Positions 1 through 14,099 of a DNA stretch of 64,000 bases are shown one piece after another. The notes under the pieces were generated by a model that was not told the origin of the DNA, made no database searches, and worked only from the letters and a program-made list of their open reading frames with translations. This stretch comes from Syncephalis fuscata S228 (taxonomy: Eukaryota > Fungi > Zoopagomycota), in the NCBI GenBank assembly GCA_025786725.1, contig JAHLTZ010000015.1, forward strand, positions 124,001 to 188,000. Direction: 5' to 3'. Position 1 is the stretch's first letter, and each line of letters starts with the position of its first letter. The translations under genes and the position numbers were made by a program.

Positions 1-216
1 AGCTGCCACATCTGGCGTATGAGATTGATGTAGCTGTTTATTGTAGCGACTATGAATAGACGTGCAATGTATAAACGATGTAACACTTACTGAAGCCATT
101 GTAATAAATGTAGAATCTTTGAATAAAACAATAGCAAGCGAAACGAGAAAAACTAGAAATGCTGTTTTGTAATACGACAGAGCTACTGTACTTTGACTCA
201 CATTTTTATTATCCAT
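1..216 (-). CDS. Possible partial CDS running off the window edge, with an N-terminal hydrophobic anchor
   Basis: ATG at 216 opens 72 codons with no stop (MDNKNVSQSTVALSYYKTAFLVFLVSLAIVLFKD...). No family recognised. Confidence 0.3.
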   Translation of the reverse strand, partial: MDNKNVSQSTVALSYYKTAFLVFLVSLAIVLFKDSTFITMASVSVTSFIHCTSIHSRYNKQLHQSHTPDVAA

Positions 217-2327
217 TTCACCTCTCAACACTTTTAAATACAGTTAAACACTTATTCATTACTATTCCATGTATAATATTATATTTAATATTAATTAATT
301 ATATGTAATTATCAGTACAATAATTAATTAATTAGTTATCTTTATTATTGCGTTAATATATATATATACTGTCATTATGATATTAATCGTTCAAAATGCC
401 ATTTATTTAGTCAGATGGGCTATAGGAAAAGTGGCTGTTTAATAAACGAACTTTGTATAGTATTCTATTGATATTAATCTTACATCACAAATATGACCAA
501 AATGCAACAGTAGAATATTAGGAAATAGAGGAGACCATTTAGATGCAATAATCCATACTGTACATAGATGCAACGACTGCGGAACGATATGGAATCGCGA
601 TCATATGGCTTCTATTAGTATTCGATTAATCTTTCTAAATATGGTCAATAACAATAATCAACCTCAAATATTTCAAAAAAATCAAATGGTATGTTATATT
701 GTTTATTTAAATGTATAATATTATTACTGATACAATGTTCTGTCACATTCAATTCTGTTTTATGGAAATGATAATATTATTGTATTACATTAATATTTAT
801 TGTAAATGGTTATTTAAACATAAATTAATCCAATCAACTTGTAATTATTTACATTGTTACAATTGGTTGCGTAAAATAATCTGCTGCTTTGGGAGCCAAA
901 TTACACTTCAGTCATCACACGTTAACTATTTCAAACAACTAATCAATTAATTGAAATCGTGTTAATAGCAAATGTTAGTAATACAATTTTATTATTAGTA
1001 TTGTACTACTAGATAAACTTGTCAATTATATTTTTTAATGCTAGATAATATAATTAGTATTTATTTACACTATAGCCTTGGTAGCATGGCCAGGATAATG
1101 TAAAATTATTCAATTATTTGAAATGGATATTTGTTGTGTATTTCATTAGAGTTAGTATCGATGTATTTTACAATTATTAGCTAACAATTATTCGCTGTTT
1201 TTATGCCTGAAGAGCATTTTATACTACTGAAGTTTAGAGTTACGTTAAGGCTGCTGTAAAATACTCGATATTTACTGCTTTGTATAAATTGTGCTGCTTT
1301 ACAATGCTTAAGACTTAGATATAAGGAAATGTTTGGAAATAAAGTGCCGTTAGATCCAGTAACATGCTTCAAACAAGCTCAAGGTTATGTTTACCCTGTC
1401 TTAAGCTACTAGTGTTTTAGTACAAGGCGGCCAACTAATGTTAGTTACATTTAGGAATAGGCCGATATTCCGCCAGTTATAAATTTTATTAAAACTAATA
1501 TAGAGTTTCTACTAGGGGTACTTGATACCCTATGCTGTTTTATAACTTTAATACAAATGTCTAGTATGTGCTATCTATCCGGATAACACATTCAATTGAT
1601 CCTAGCAATTATTCTAAAGATAAATACAAGTTACCAAGGACAGTCCAATGCCATTATTACTCCCTAAATTACCGAGGAAAACTAGCCAAGGTTTAATATA
1701 ATAATCCAGATTCAATTGGCTACCCGTTGCTTCTAACATTGAGGGCACCATTACTGAGTTTGGTTCTGCGCCTGGATACCCCATTCCTTTACTTGTTTCC
1801 AGCAGAATTTAATTGCCATTAATTTTAGTAAGTTTGGGTTGTGACTACATTAATAAAACCGTACAATTGTGGCGATGATGGTGTAGAATTATGCAGGCGT
1901 TTCAGGGACAAAGAAATCATTCAAGTTGGTGCTGGTACCACCATGCTTTTTGGACACTGTCCCATGTGAAAATGCAAGTACAACGACAACATAGATATTA
2001 TGACACGTTTCTACGTATATTATACTTTGACAATCAGCAATAATTCATATCACAAAGACTTTACACATAGTATAGTTATAAACTTTTGTATATAATTTAA
2101 AATAAAAGCTAGCTTTTTATTCATAAATTTCATTATAATATTATCTACCTGCAAAATGACTAACCATTAGTCTTACAATATTGTTCATATTGATGTAAGG
2201 CCTGCCCCCAAAAACTGGTTTATAGCTAAACGCGACTTTGCCTAAAACCTGCAAGTGATAGCTATATAATGGTGCAATTTAGCTTATTAAACGTGTAGCT
2301 TTATCACCTTCTATTCTAACTTTCAAT

Positions 2328-4197
2328 ATGCCCTTCTTAAAATACCAACGGCTAGTTCTGCTGTTTTTTATTTATATATTAACACAGATCAATAACGTTC
2401 GAGCAAAAATATTTCTTTCCAATGGCACTGCTACTTCAATAGCCTTCCCTTCAACTGATGTGTTTCTTCATCCAGAATCTTACTATCACTATGAAGGTAT
2501 TGCCTTTGTGTGGCATTTTGCCGATGCTCTAAAACCAAACATGACATGCGCTTTCCCGCCAATTAATGCTTCCGATCCATTAATTAGAAATATGGCCAAC
2601 GATGCATATCAGCATACCGATTTTGCAATAATTATAGACTATTCACTTTCTAAATTCGTTGGCTGCACAACTAAGGAGCAAGTAAGCGACTTTATACAAT
2701 ATAGATGTACTCGTATTATTTTAATTCAGGTTAGCGAAGCAATAGACAACTTGATTCAGCAGCTATCACGCGCAAATTCCCGCCAATTAAATTATTTATT
2801 ATAGTTTCAAATACTTCACCGGCATTTTTCTTAGATTACGATCACATCACAGGTGTCGTTGATGATACGCTTAAAAGAAATATAAAGCCAGGCATAAAAA
2901 TGATATCCGTGATAGACACACCTGATTTGAGTTTTATGAAACAAATCAGTAGCTTTAAACGCTTCTACTATGCTGTTGAACAAGGTAAATCATTTAAAGC
3001 ACAATACATATTAATGTTAAATTGTTAGTAGAACCCAACTCATGGGACATCCTGTTCGCATCAAATTCATATATTGCTTACAAATGGATATATTTTACCA
3101 TGGTAAGCAGTAAAATTAAGCATGTTTATATAATTCTTATTGTATTGCTACAGGTATTAGTCGCTTTGCTATATACGTGTGCCCGTGTGATAAAGCTGGC
3201 AAGACTAAATATGCTAAAACAAAATCTATTTTGGTTGCACTTATTATTACGTTTATATACAGCATCTGTAAGTAAATTCACTACACTATATAATATACAA
3301 CTTATTATTATATACTAGTCTTCTTGGTACACTTGGCTGCTTTAGAAAAAGCATATATAGCATCGGCTTTTTTAAACCTGTACATTATTTTGGCAAAACT
3401 ACCTTTTGATATAATAGTTTGGCATTGGTATGTGATTGTTAGATATTATATTACAACGTTTAATGATTGGTTTCTAGGTCAATTATTGGCAAAAGACTAT
3501 TTTCAAAGACATCAATTATATTTGTTCGGCTTATTGCCATCATTGACATTATAGTAAATATTTTTCAAATCATATCTTTAATAGTGACCATTAATCACAA
3601 TAAAGATTATGATACTATAACGCCATATACAACTCCGTTTATTAGATTTATGCGACTTGTGCTGCCATGGGTTGCTATTGCAATCTTCTGTGGACTTGGT
3701 AAGTCAGTTGTAATAGGTAAAGCATTCAGTATATATTAAACTGGTTTAATAGCATTATGGTTTGGATTGACTTCATACAGACTTAGGAGACATCATGAAG
3801 GGCGTCGCAAGTTTATACAGGTAAATCATTTAATACATTTATTGCAATGGATTCTAATGTTTATATATCATGTCAGCTGGCATGCCTTACTGTACTGGCA
3901 CTTTTCACATACATATTATTTCCGTCTTGCTCCATCTATTATGGCATGAGTCCACTACAACTAGAACCTAATGAATTGCTTACAAAGGAGTTCATGTTTG
4001 ACACATCCTATATGATACGTGCATTCGTATTTTTAACAGTTCTTGGCATGGAGTGGCCATATTCACTGAATCTAGTTGAGCCAGAAATACGAGCACCACT
4101 TGGTGGAATGACAACTATTGAATATGATTCAACTGCGGAAGAGGTGCCGATACAATGGCGGCTGACCCGAAAAATTACAAGAATGATTAAACGTTAG
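2328..4197 (+). CDS. Lineage-specific membrane protein: signal peptide, ~190 aa ectodomain, ~7 TM helices (GPCR-like topology), copy A
   Basis: Multi-exon gene with GT-AG introns, a hydrophobic N-terminus and seven hydrophobic segments. Colinear with the paralog at 5630-7498. Apparent 1-nt deletions near 2779 and 3229. Confidence 0.75.
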
Positions 4198-5629
4198 AAT
4201 ATTAGCGCGAATAATTAATTAAACTATTTTTGAATGCAATAATAAATAGAAATAATTATTGCTGTATTTCATAATTAATTCTGTATTTTACATTTGATTA
4301 TTTAATTTATAAATTAATGTTTGTCAATAATAGCTGCAGTTATGAAAAATATAAATTATATAAACGCTTAGCTTAATAATTTTACTTATAACTAAAATTG
4401 AAATTAGTCAGTTTATTGATAGTGAAAATAGTCTAGCTGTTATTAATTATGAATCTACAAGCTAAAATTGAATACAAAATTAAACAGATAAGCTATTGCC
4501 AAACTCATTATACTTGAATTTGTGCTTTAACATATTGGTATTAATCATAATTTAAATGCTTGACATTACTACATGATTTAAAATAGTGCCAAAATGTATA
4601 GAAATTAAACAGCAATTTACAAAGGCGTTGATTCATTGATGCATGCATATTCAAGTTAGCCGTGAGTTAGTTTTTATTAGGCCATGTTGTATCCAAATGA
4701 TATTCAAGGCGTCATCCATCTCATTATCAGCACTTTTAAATTATTACAAATAATATTAATTAAAACTTTAATGCTGCTTTTAGCTTACAAAACACTGTTT
4801 CTAAACCTAATTTTAAACTTGGGTAGGTCATTATTTAACCTGTTTTCAGAACTATTCAATAATACTAATACTAATAAGTTTAGACCATGGTTTCATAATC
4901 AATATCAGAAACGTAATAATAATTAAAGCGGAGTTTGTATGGATTTTAGGACAAAGAGGTGGTTCAAGTTGAATACGGCATTGGTACCACCATATTGTTT
5001 AGCATTGCTCCATAAGAGTTTTGGATGGTTTAATTATGTGAACGTTGTGCGTCGTCACATCCTGGAGTAAACAGATGGGTATTACTTACAGGTAAGTAGG
5101 ACTGGCAATAGGAAATCAGTGAATACTGACCATACTGCTATTCTAGGTTTTACCTGTAATGGGGAGTCATATATGTGTAAATGAAAAGAGTTTATTAGTT
5201 AAAGGGAGAAACAGAAAGGCAAGGAACAACTAACTATAGGCGTTGTTTTGGACTTGGAGGAAAGTTGTTTAACGTCACTGACCAGTTTTCGAAATCAGCT
5301 TTGCAAATACGTTCCATGCATATTATACTTTGACTATTTACCAATAGTTTATTTTACCAACATTTTGTGTTTTTTATCAAGTATAAACCTTGTATAAATT
5401 TAAATAATAAATTGGCTGTTTATATATACATTTTAGCATAACATTATTTACGTACAAAAATGCTAACCATTAGTTTCACGATATTGCGTGTGCCAATGTA
5501 AGAGGCCTATTATAAAAACCGGTTTCCATTTACATGCATCTTTCTGAAAGCATGCGATTAGTAACTATATAATGGTGCAATCCAGTCTATTGAGCATGTA
5601 ACTGTATCGCTTTCTATTCTAATTTCAAC

Positions 5630-7498
5630 ATGTTCCTTTTAAGATTTCAACAACTGATTTTATTAATATTTATCTATATATCGGTACAGACTAATAATGC
5701 GCAAGCAAAAATCACTATGTTAAATGGAACTAATCCGCCAATAGTTTTTCCTTCGGATGACGTGTTTCTTCATCCAGAATCTTATTACCACTATGAAGGT
5801 ATTGCCCTTTTATGGCAGTTTGCTGATTATAGCAAGTCAAATATGACATGTTCTTTCCCGTCAGTTAATGCTTCCGACCCAGCAATTCAAGCTATTGCCG
5901 ACAATGCACATAAATATTGAGATTTTGCAGTAGTTGCAAACTACATATCTTCTTCGTATGCTCTTTGCCTAACTAAGGAGCAAGTAAGTGCTTATATTAC
6001 AATATATACATGTGTATATTAATTTTAATTTAGGTTAGCAAAGCAATAGACAATTTGACATGGCAATTAGCACGAGCAGGATTTCCGCCAGTAAGGCTGT
6101 TTATTCTAGTCTCTGATATTCAACCAGATTTCTTTTTATATTACGATCATATTGTATGTTTAGCTTCAGCTAGACTCGATGAATTTGTAGGATCAGGTTC
6201 AATGAAAACAGTGGCGATGGAAATACCTGGTTTTCCAAGATTCATGGTAAATACTAATGGCTATACAAGTTTTCATTATACTGCTGAGCAAGGTAAATTA
6301 CAAAAGCTCAATATACATTAAAACTAAATTGTTAATAGAGCCCAGTCCATGGAATGAAATATTCTTTTCTCAAACATATATTGCTTACAAATGGATATAC
6401 TTTACTTTGGTAAGTAATAGAATTAACCATATATATAGTACCTATTGTATTGTTATAGGTGTTAGTCGCTTTGCTATATACGTGTGTCCGTATTATAATG
6501 CTGGCAAGACTAAAGCTATTAAAACGAAATTTACTTTTGGCTGCATTTGTCATCGGTTTTATATACAGTATTTGTAAGTAAATCCAAACCATACCGGAAC
6601 AACAACTTATAATTATATAATAGTTTTCCTTATACATTTAGCTGCTTTACACAAAACACACCAACCATCGGTTTCTTTAAATTTGTATATTCTTTTAGCA
6701 GAAATACCTTTCGATATAATACTTTGGCATTGATATGTAATTACTAGGCCTTAGCTATACAATGTTTAATACTTAATATTAGGTCAATTGTCGGCAAAAA
6801 ACTATTTTCAAAGATAATGATGCTACCTATTTGGCTTATTATTATTACTGATGTTATAGCAAACATTTTTCAAATTGTATACTTAATAATGATTGCCAAT
6901 CAAAAGCAAAATTATGGTATTACAGCACCAAACAAGGCCCCATTTCTTGAATCTATGAGACTTGTGCTTCCATGGGTTACTATGACAATGTTTTTTGGGT
7001 TTGGTAAGTCAACGTACAAATTGCGGCACTTAATTAAAACTAATTCCATTTGATAGTATTATGGCTTGGATTTATTTCATACAAGCTTAGAAAGCACTCT
7101 GAAGGTCGCCGCAAATTTATACAGGTAAAAATTGGATAAATTTATTGTAATAGAATGTAGTGCTTATATATCACACCAGCTGGCATGCTTTACCTTACTA
7201 GGCCTTTTTACATATATACTGTTCCCGTTCTGTTATATATATCCTCCCATGACTCCATTAATGGTAAAGCCTGATGAAGTATTCAAAACGGAATTTATGT
7301 TTGATACAGCCTACATGATCCGTGCACTCATATTCTTATCAGTTCTTGGTATACAATGGCCACATCCACCAAAGCTAACTGAGCCAAAAATACGGGAACC
7401 ACTTGGTGGAATGACAACCATTGGATATGAATCAAAGTAGAGGAAGTACCGATACAATGGCAGTTGACTCGTAAAATTACAAGAATGATTCAACGTTA
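5630..7498 (+). pseudogene. Tandem paralog (copy B) of the signal-peptide/7TM gene, probably pseudogenised
   Basis: Same exon structure and motifs (DVFLHPESYYHYEGIA, YIAYKWIYF, PLGGMTTI). In-frame TGA at 5918-5920, the donor after WHW is mutated (ggtatgt to gatatgt near 6732), and there is a frameshift near 7438. Confidence 0.6.
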
Positions 7499-7710
7499 GC
7501 ACGTCATTTTAAACAATCAACTAACTTATGTTTTTAATTTGATAATCAATAATGAATAGCTATCATCGTATTTTATAATCAAGTACAATTACTTATATAT
7601 ATATAGATATATGACACAAACAAAATCATTTAATGACTACGCTATTTAATCAATTTATATATCAATTTGCTGCTAATAAATTTTATTTATAGTACGATAT
7701 GCAATTTGCT

Positions 7711-9595
7711 CTATTGTTGTGCACATTGCACACCTCCACCCATGCCATGATCATCTTCATCGTCGGTATACATTTCTTCATCCTCTTCGTCATGTTGTTC
7801 CGCCTTCTATAAATATATTTATTAATTACTGTAATCTACCATTTAATTGCTACTTACTTCAGCATCACAATCTTCCAACTGACAATCATCTAAATGTTTG
7901 AGTTTTTGCGTCGATGTGGGTGGTCGTGGTGGTAACATTGTCTCCAATTGCTAAATAGCATTTTAATTAATTATCTAACAAGCAATGCATATATATATAT
8001 ATATACTACTTACTTTAGCATTATCTGGCGTCATCCAGCCAGATTCAGGAAACTGTACAAAGAACCGCACAAACAAGTCACCTTTATCAAATGGCCGTCG
8101 ATATTCTGGCATACCTTCATTCTTGATACATTTTACTTCATCTAGTAATTTGTATAAAAATGAGCACTCATTAACTGATTTATAGCAATTCAACTTACTG
8201 GGCCGAATTACTTGTCCGGGAGATTGTGTCACTACAATACCTCGACCATCCAAATGGACTAGCAATACTTTACTAAATCCACAAAGTGCTTCAGTCAACG
8301 TAACGGTAACATCAGTCCATAAGTGATGGCCTTGTCGTTCCATACGATCGTGTGGCTTTTGTTCCAATATAAAGATAAGATCCCCTGCCGGCACGCCAGG
8401 CTCTTGATCTGCTTGACCGGCCAATACAATACGCTGTCCTTCTTTCATACCCTTCTCTACGTGAACTTCTAATTTTCTTGATGCCTTTATCACGCATTGG
8501 CCATTGCACTTTTTGCAACGATCCTTTTCAAGTAGAATCTTGCCTTCACCACGACCTAAATAACCCATTAAATTATTGTTCCATTGTATAATTCATATTA
8601 CTGTACATTTTCGACAAGTAGATCGTACGCGCTGCACCATTGATCCCATACGCTGTTCTTTAGTTATAGTACCCGTGCCTTGACAAGGTTTACATGTTCG
8701 TGGTCCACGCTTTCCTCCTTTGCTATTATGTCAATAGCTATCATTAATACTATTCTGTATTCCGATCCATAAAGCTACTTACCCCGAACAAGTATTGCAA
8801 ACTTCTGTTCGTTCAACAGATATATTTTTAGTAATGCCATTATACAATTCTTCCAATGTAACTTCTAATGGTGTTTTGATATCTTCTCCTTTGGTACGAC
8901 GACGCGGCTTTTTCGCTATATATTCTGAATAAGCCATAGTCACACTTCGATACACTACGCTAACCTTGCTGCTGATGACGAAAGAATCCACCACCTCCCA
9001 TAAACATGTCCTCATCGTCATTCATAAACTGCGCACCAAATAGATCATTAAAGAAATCCATCGGTGGTCCATCATGCCCGCCGTCAAATCCAAATCCATA
9101 ATCGCCATGATTGGGTGTACCAGAACCAAATCGATCATATTTCTCTCTACATCAATGAGTTACTAATCCATAGCTTATTTGTTTAATTACCTTTTCTCCG
9201 GATCACTTAGAATATCATAAGCATGGCTAGAATACGTTACATTAAATAGCATTAGATGGTTGTTGTTTCAAACTTTAACAACAATTTCTATACCTAATTT
9301 CTTTAAACTATTATTTGTTAGTATATTTTATATAACTTTAACTTTAACTTACTTTATCACCGGCATCAGGATTCTTATCAGGATGGTATTGCATTGCCTA
9401 ACAGTGTTTACAGTAATATTAATATATTACAGTTGTAGCCATTAACGATCATTACTAACCAATTTGCGATACGCCTATTATTGTTATTATCAGTAACATG
9501 CTAAATTATCTCCTATTTATACTTACTTTCTTAATAGTAATGGCCTCGGCCTGTCTATCGACACCAAGAATATTGTAGTAATCTTCCTCAGCCAT
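7711..9595 (-). CDS. Type I DnaJ/Hsp40 (Ydj1/Xdj1 family)
   Basis: J-domain start MAEEDYYNILGV with HPD motif, CxxCxGxG zinc repeats, C-terminal peptide-binding domain (GEGMP-like KNEGMP), and CaaX end GVQCAQQ*. Confidence 0.93.
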
Positions 9596-9954
9596 GATAA
9601 TTCGTGCAAATATATACGCTATTGATTACGTGAATCGGCAAAGTGAAGAAACGTTAAGCGATGAAAAACCGAATATTTCTTTTTTTAATGTTCTCCGATT
9701 CATTTTTCTATGGAATTACACAAATTTGAACTTTCCAATTCGGTGTTGACATTTTATTATGTTGCATTTTAGTGTACTACTGCGTATCACTCATTGATTT
9801 CTCAGCGCTCATTTCCTGCTGTCGTTGTTGCCGCTCTCACAGCTACCATTGCTGTCATTGTCAGTTAAACGCTGTTATTGCTTGACCTTATATACTGGGT
9901 AGTATATAGTATTGTAGTCTTTATAGCTATCATTGCAGCACTTGAAGCACCACT

Positions 9955-11544
9955 ATGAGTAAACTCGAACGATACATGAGCAATGCTATTCGCATTTTCA
10001 GCATGTTTCCCGTAGTCTTTTGCCTTGGACTAATCAGTTGGTCATATTATGGATTCGCTATATCGTTGTGCGGCCATCTCCTTCGAAATGAGTCGGCTAT
10101 TCAAGGTAAATCTATTTAGTATTTATCAGTGCCAAGAATAACCATGTATTTACATAGGGGTCTTTTATTTATTAATCTATCATCCAATATTGATACTATT
10201 TGTTACAAGCTTTATTCGTTGTGTTCGTACACATCCTGGTCGACCACCAGCGCTTGAAGTAAGGCTATTTACGTAAATATGACTGTCTAAATATTTGCTT
10301 ACTGTAATAATTATTCTATCTAGTCGGTAAATGAAGAAGAGATTGACGTAACAATCGATGAAGAAGAAGAAGAAGAACAAGGTTTAGTAAACCAAGCAGC
10401 TGATTTAGAACTGGAATTGAGTCATAGAATTATTGACTATACACATCATACACGTACACCATATCCTTTGGAAGGTGATGCGCCAGGAGACAATGGTGTA
10501 TTTACTAATAGTGTTCATACATCATCAATTACCACGGCTGTAAATACAACTACCGCTAGTCCTGCCATGACATCATCGGCCATCAATGGACAGGCACTAG
10601 CAAGTGTTGTTACAGTAAAAGAAGATGGCCAGCGTCGCTTTTGTCGTAAATGTAAAGTTGAGAAACCAGATCGCACTCATCATTGTAGTGTGTGTGGCGA
10701 GTAAGTCTACAAAACAACAGGTTTACTATTTATTAATGTTGATGATAGATGTATATTAAAGATGGATCAGTAAGTAAAATTAATATTAAAAATATTAACT
10801 AAATTTGTTTATTGTTTTGTATCAGTCATTGTCCATGGTAAGTCACTTTAATGTTTATAAATAATTATTAATAATTAATAACTAGGGTTAATAACTGTGT
10901 TGGACATCACAATCAAAAGTTCTTTTATTTATTCGTATTCTGGGGAGCCATTTACACTTCATTTGTGGGATTGGCCACTATTCCACCCGTCTATGATGTT
11001 TTAACTAGCGAGAATGTAGGCGAATATATTTAAAAGTAATTATTTATATCTAATTACCAACTCTACTTAGGGACTACTTATTATAAATATCCATTGGTTA
11101 TTTGTTGTTTTATGTGGCTGTATTTTTGGTGTATGTCTAATGGGATTTGCTGGTTATCATGGCTATTTGCTACTTACGAATCAAACAACAATTGAGACAT
11201 TTCAACGTAATCGATTCCGTCGATTGGGTGGCACTATTGACAGTCGTCGTAAACAATTGAATCTATTTGATCTTGGTTGGCGGTAAGTTTAGTATTTTTT
11301 ATTTAATAATACTATAGTAATAAAATGATATATATATATATATATAATTAGAGAGAATGTAAGTCAGGTATTGGGACCTGTACCGCTACTATGGCTAGTT
11401 CCCGTTAAAAACACGCAAGTAACAACTTTTATAACTGTTATTTGTACTAATTATTGATACAACTATAGACCTGGAGATGGCCGTGTATTCCGACTAAATG
11501 AGCGGGCCTATGAAGCGGTCAGCATTCATGAAATGCTTGTATAA
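9955..11544 (+). CDS. DHHC palmitoyltransferase (Pfa3-like)
   Basis: [36 protein letters not shown] cysteine-rich domain across short exons, plus TTIE, NLFDLG and GDG motifs. Confidence 0.92.
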
Positions 11545-11688
11545 AATGCATCAATTCGTATTATCTCTATTATGGTGGTGATACGAGCACAGTGTATATC
11601 CGTAAAATGGATGATTTATTGATTTGGATTCAAATAAACACAGCAGTTGAATGCCATGAATTATACGCTCGTCTTTGCTGAATATCGT

Positions 11689-12365
11689 CTAATAGGCAGT
11701 GCCGCTGAAGCCCTTGCCTTTATAACCTTCAGACGACATACCAGTGACTGGATTGGCCTTTTGTGAGCGCATGTATTCATCGGTTTGTTCGCGCCATTCC
11801 TTGCTCATGGTATGAGGAGTCTCTTGAGCTATTGTATATGTAATGAAAGATTAGCAAATAGTACAAATATAGCTATGCTTTAATAGCTTACCGCGAGTAC
11901 GGATGGCGCTGAATAGACCAGCGGTAACCACTAGGGAGGCTACAATACCGCCAACAACCTTGAGGGTAAATCCTGGCTTGTGAAGTGGTTCGCGAGCACC
12001 GTGTGGACCAAATGCAATATAATAGGCTAATACAACGCGTATTCAGAGTATTTAATAATGTTATTGTTGTGTGTATGTGTATGTATGTGTGTATTTTATA
12101 AGCATAAATAGAATTAGTTATTCAATATAACCACATTAAATGCTATTAATACTTGCCAGCTTTCTTTTCCTCTACGATAGAGATTTCCAGTCACCGGTCA
12201 TGCGCTCATCCAACTGCTTTTCAAGACTAGAGCGCTCTTCAGCGGATAGACGGCCCAGTTAGAGGTGATGTTGGATAGTGCGGGTGTATTGATGGCGGCA
12301 GAAGACTGTGCCCGACGCGGAACGGCACGCACCGCGCGAATAGCACCAAGGCGTAGTTGATTCAT
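11689..12365 (-). CDS. COX5: Cytochrome c oxidase subunit IV family (fungal Cox5)
   Basis: Mitochondrial presequence, then DWKSLS-EEKKAAYYIAFGPHGAREP, a TM segment, and NPVTGMSSEGYKGKG. Two apparent 1-nt deletions in exon 1. Confidence 0.9.
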
Positions 12366-14099
12366 AATTTAATCGACCGCTATGAAAAAAGAGAAAGTAT
12401 TATATATATACACACGTGTACCTAATACTGCCGTGTATATATATATCTGGTTAAGCAAAGATAAAACCAAACGAAATACGATTGATCAACGAAAGGAGAG
12501 AGGAAGAGGAGAGAAGGGAAAAAGGGGAAATGGGAACACACATGCTATTACACGATGGTATTAATTTGCTCAGTCAGATTACCGTTGAACGCGTCACTTG
12601 TCACATGCAGGTACATTGTAGACACGTATACATATAATGTATCATTTAAATAGTCTATATAATATAGTTGGCATCTAATGAGTTTCTTTTATTTAACTAT
12701 AAAGATGTAGAATGAATGAAATAAAGAGGAATGGCGTGGTATTTCAAGATCTATTCATGCCGTTTTACTCCGATCGTTTGAAAATCTTTAAATGGATAGA
12801 CCTGACGGAACTTGAACAAGTAAATAATAAGATTGTTTTAGTATAACATGCTATCCAAGTTATATTATAATTAAATGACCGTTTTATTGCAATATATCGT
12901 ACAATTATCAAGGTAATTATAAAAGTTTATATTTAATGGCTCGGCATGAGTGATTAAAAACTTTATAGATTGAAATAGCAAACAATTAAAGAATTGTTAT
13001 AGTTTTGCTATACTCGTTTTTCATTATCTAGCTTGCTTTAATTCAACTCGAAGCCTATTATTTATATTAAACACATATACATGATATACAATGTTATCCA
13101 CCATGGCTGTAGCTATTTAATGTAATAACTAGTAAAGTATCGGCTCAATAATAGAATTGCTTGAGATTATACGAATACTCACTAGTGTACCTATACAATG
13201 CTACTAGACTATTTAATAGCACATAGCAACAACCAAGCCATTACACAAATAATTAGTTAAATTAAAAAGACTATTTATTTAAGTAAGCACTGTTACCAAT
13301 AGGCTATCTACTAATGCAAAAATATCTATTTCGAGTATCTATCCGTATCACATATATAATTATTAATTATTAAATTATTAAATAACTTATAATCCAAATT
13401 ATTTAGTATACAATATATATTATTTATATATTAGTATCCATACAATGGCCAACTTAATCTAGCCTATAATAATAATAAAAAATAAAGTAATAAGTAACAT
13501 AGACTTAACGGTCCAAAATCATAATGATTCTGTAATGATTATTAATAAAAATCAAGTAGGATTGATAGAAAAATATGCACACACAAATAAACATCGTTTT
13601 CTGCACTTTGCATTCTCAAATCGCCATAGTTTCTGTTAGCTATCGGTTGATTCTATTCGTATTTTTCTACTCATTGACGCATCTTTGTCTTTCTTTTTGC
13701 CATCGCTATCGGTGCTATCATCAACAAGCTTATTTTACTTTTACTACTGATTGAAGAAAAGATATAGCGTGCTGTGTGTGTGTGTAGGTGTCTGTCTATG
13801 TAGGTAAATATTTAAGCGATTGTAGCTATAACATCCATTCATCACCTACATAGCACGGTAAAGAGGATTGTTTTTTTTGTTTCTTTCCAGCGTTACTATT
13901 GTTTAGCTTATTAACATTTGATATTATTGGTATTATTAATATTAGTATTAGTATTATTAGTGTTACAAGAATAGTAATACGCGTGGCTGTGTACAGGCGT
14001 GTATACTTGTATTCCATCAAGTACTACTTGCGCAGCAATAACTATAACAACAACAACAACAGTAGCAGCAACTAAGATAGCAACTGTGCACAAGTGGCC

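Noticed and set aside
1150-1970. Degraded coding-like sequence upstream of the 7TM gene
   Set aside because: Stops in all frames examined and no recognisable motif, so it cannot be assigned to a gene or transposon.
5918-5920. Stop-codon reassignment explaining in-frame TGA/TAA codons
   Set aside because: TAA, TAG and TGA all terminate conserved housekeeping genes in this window.
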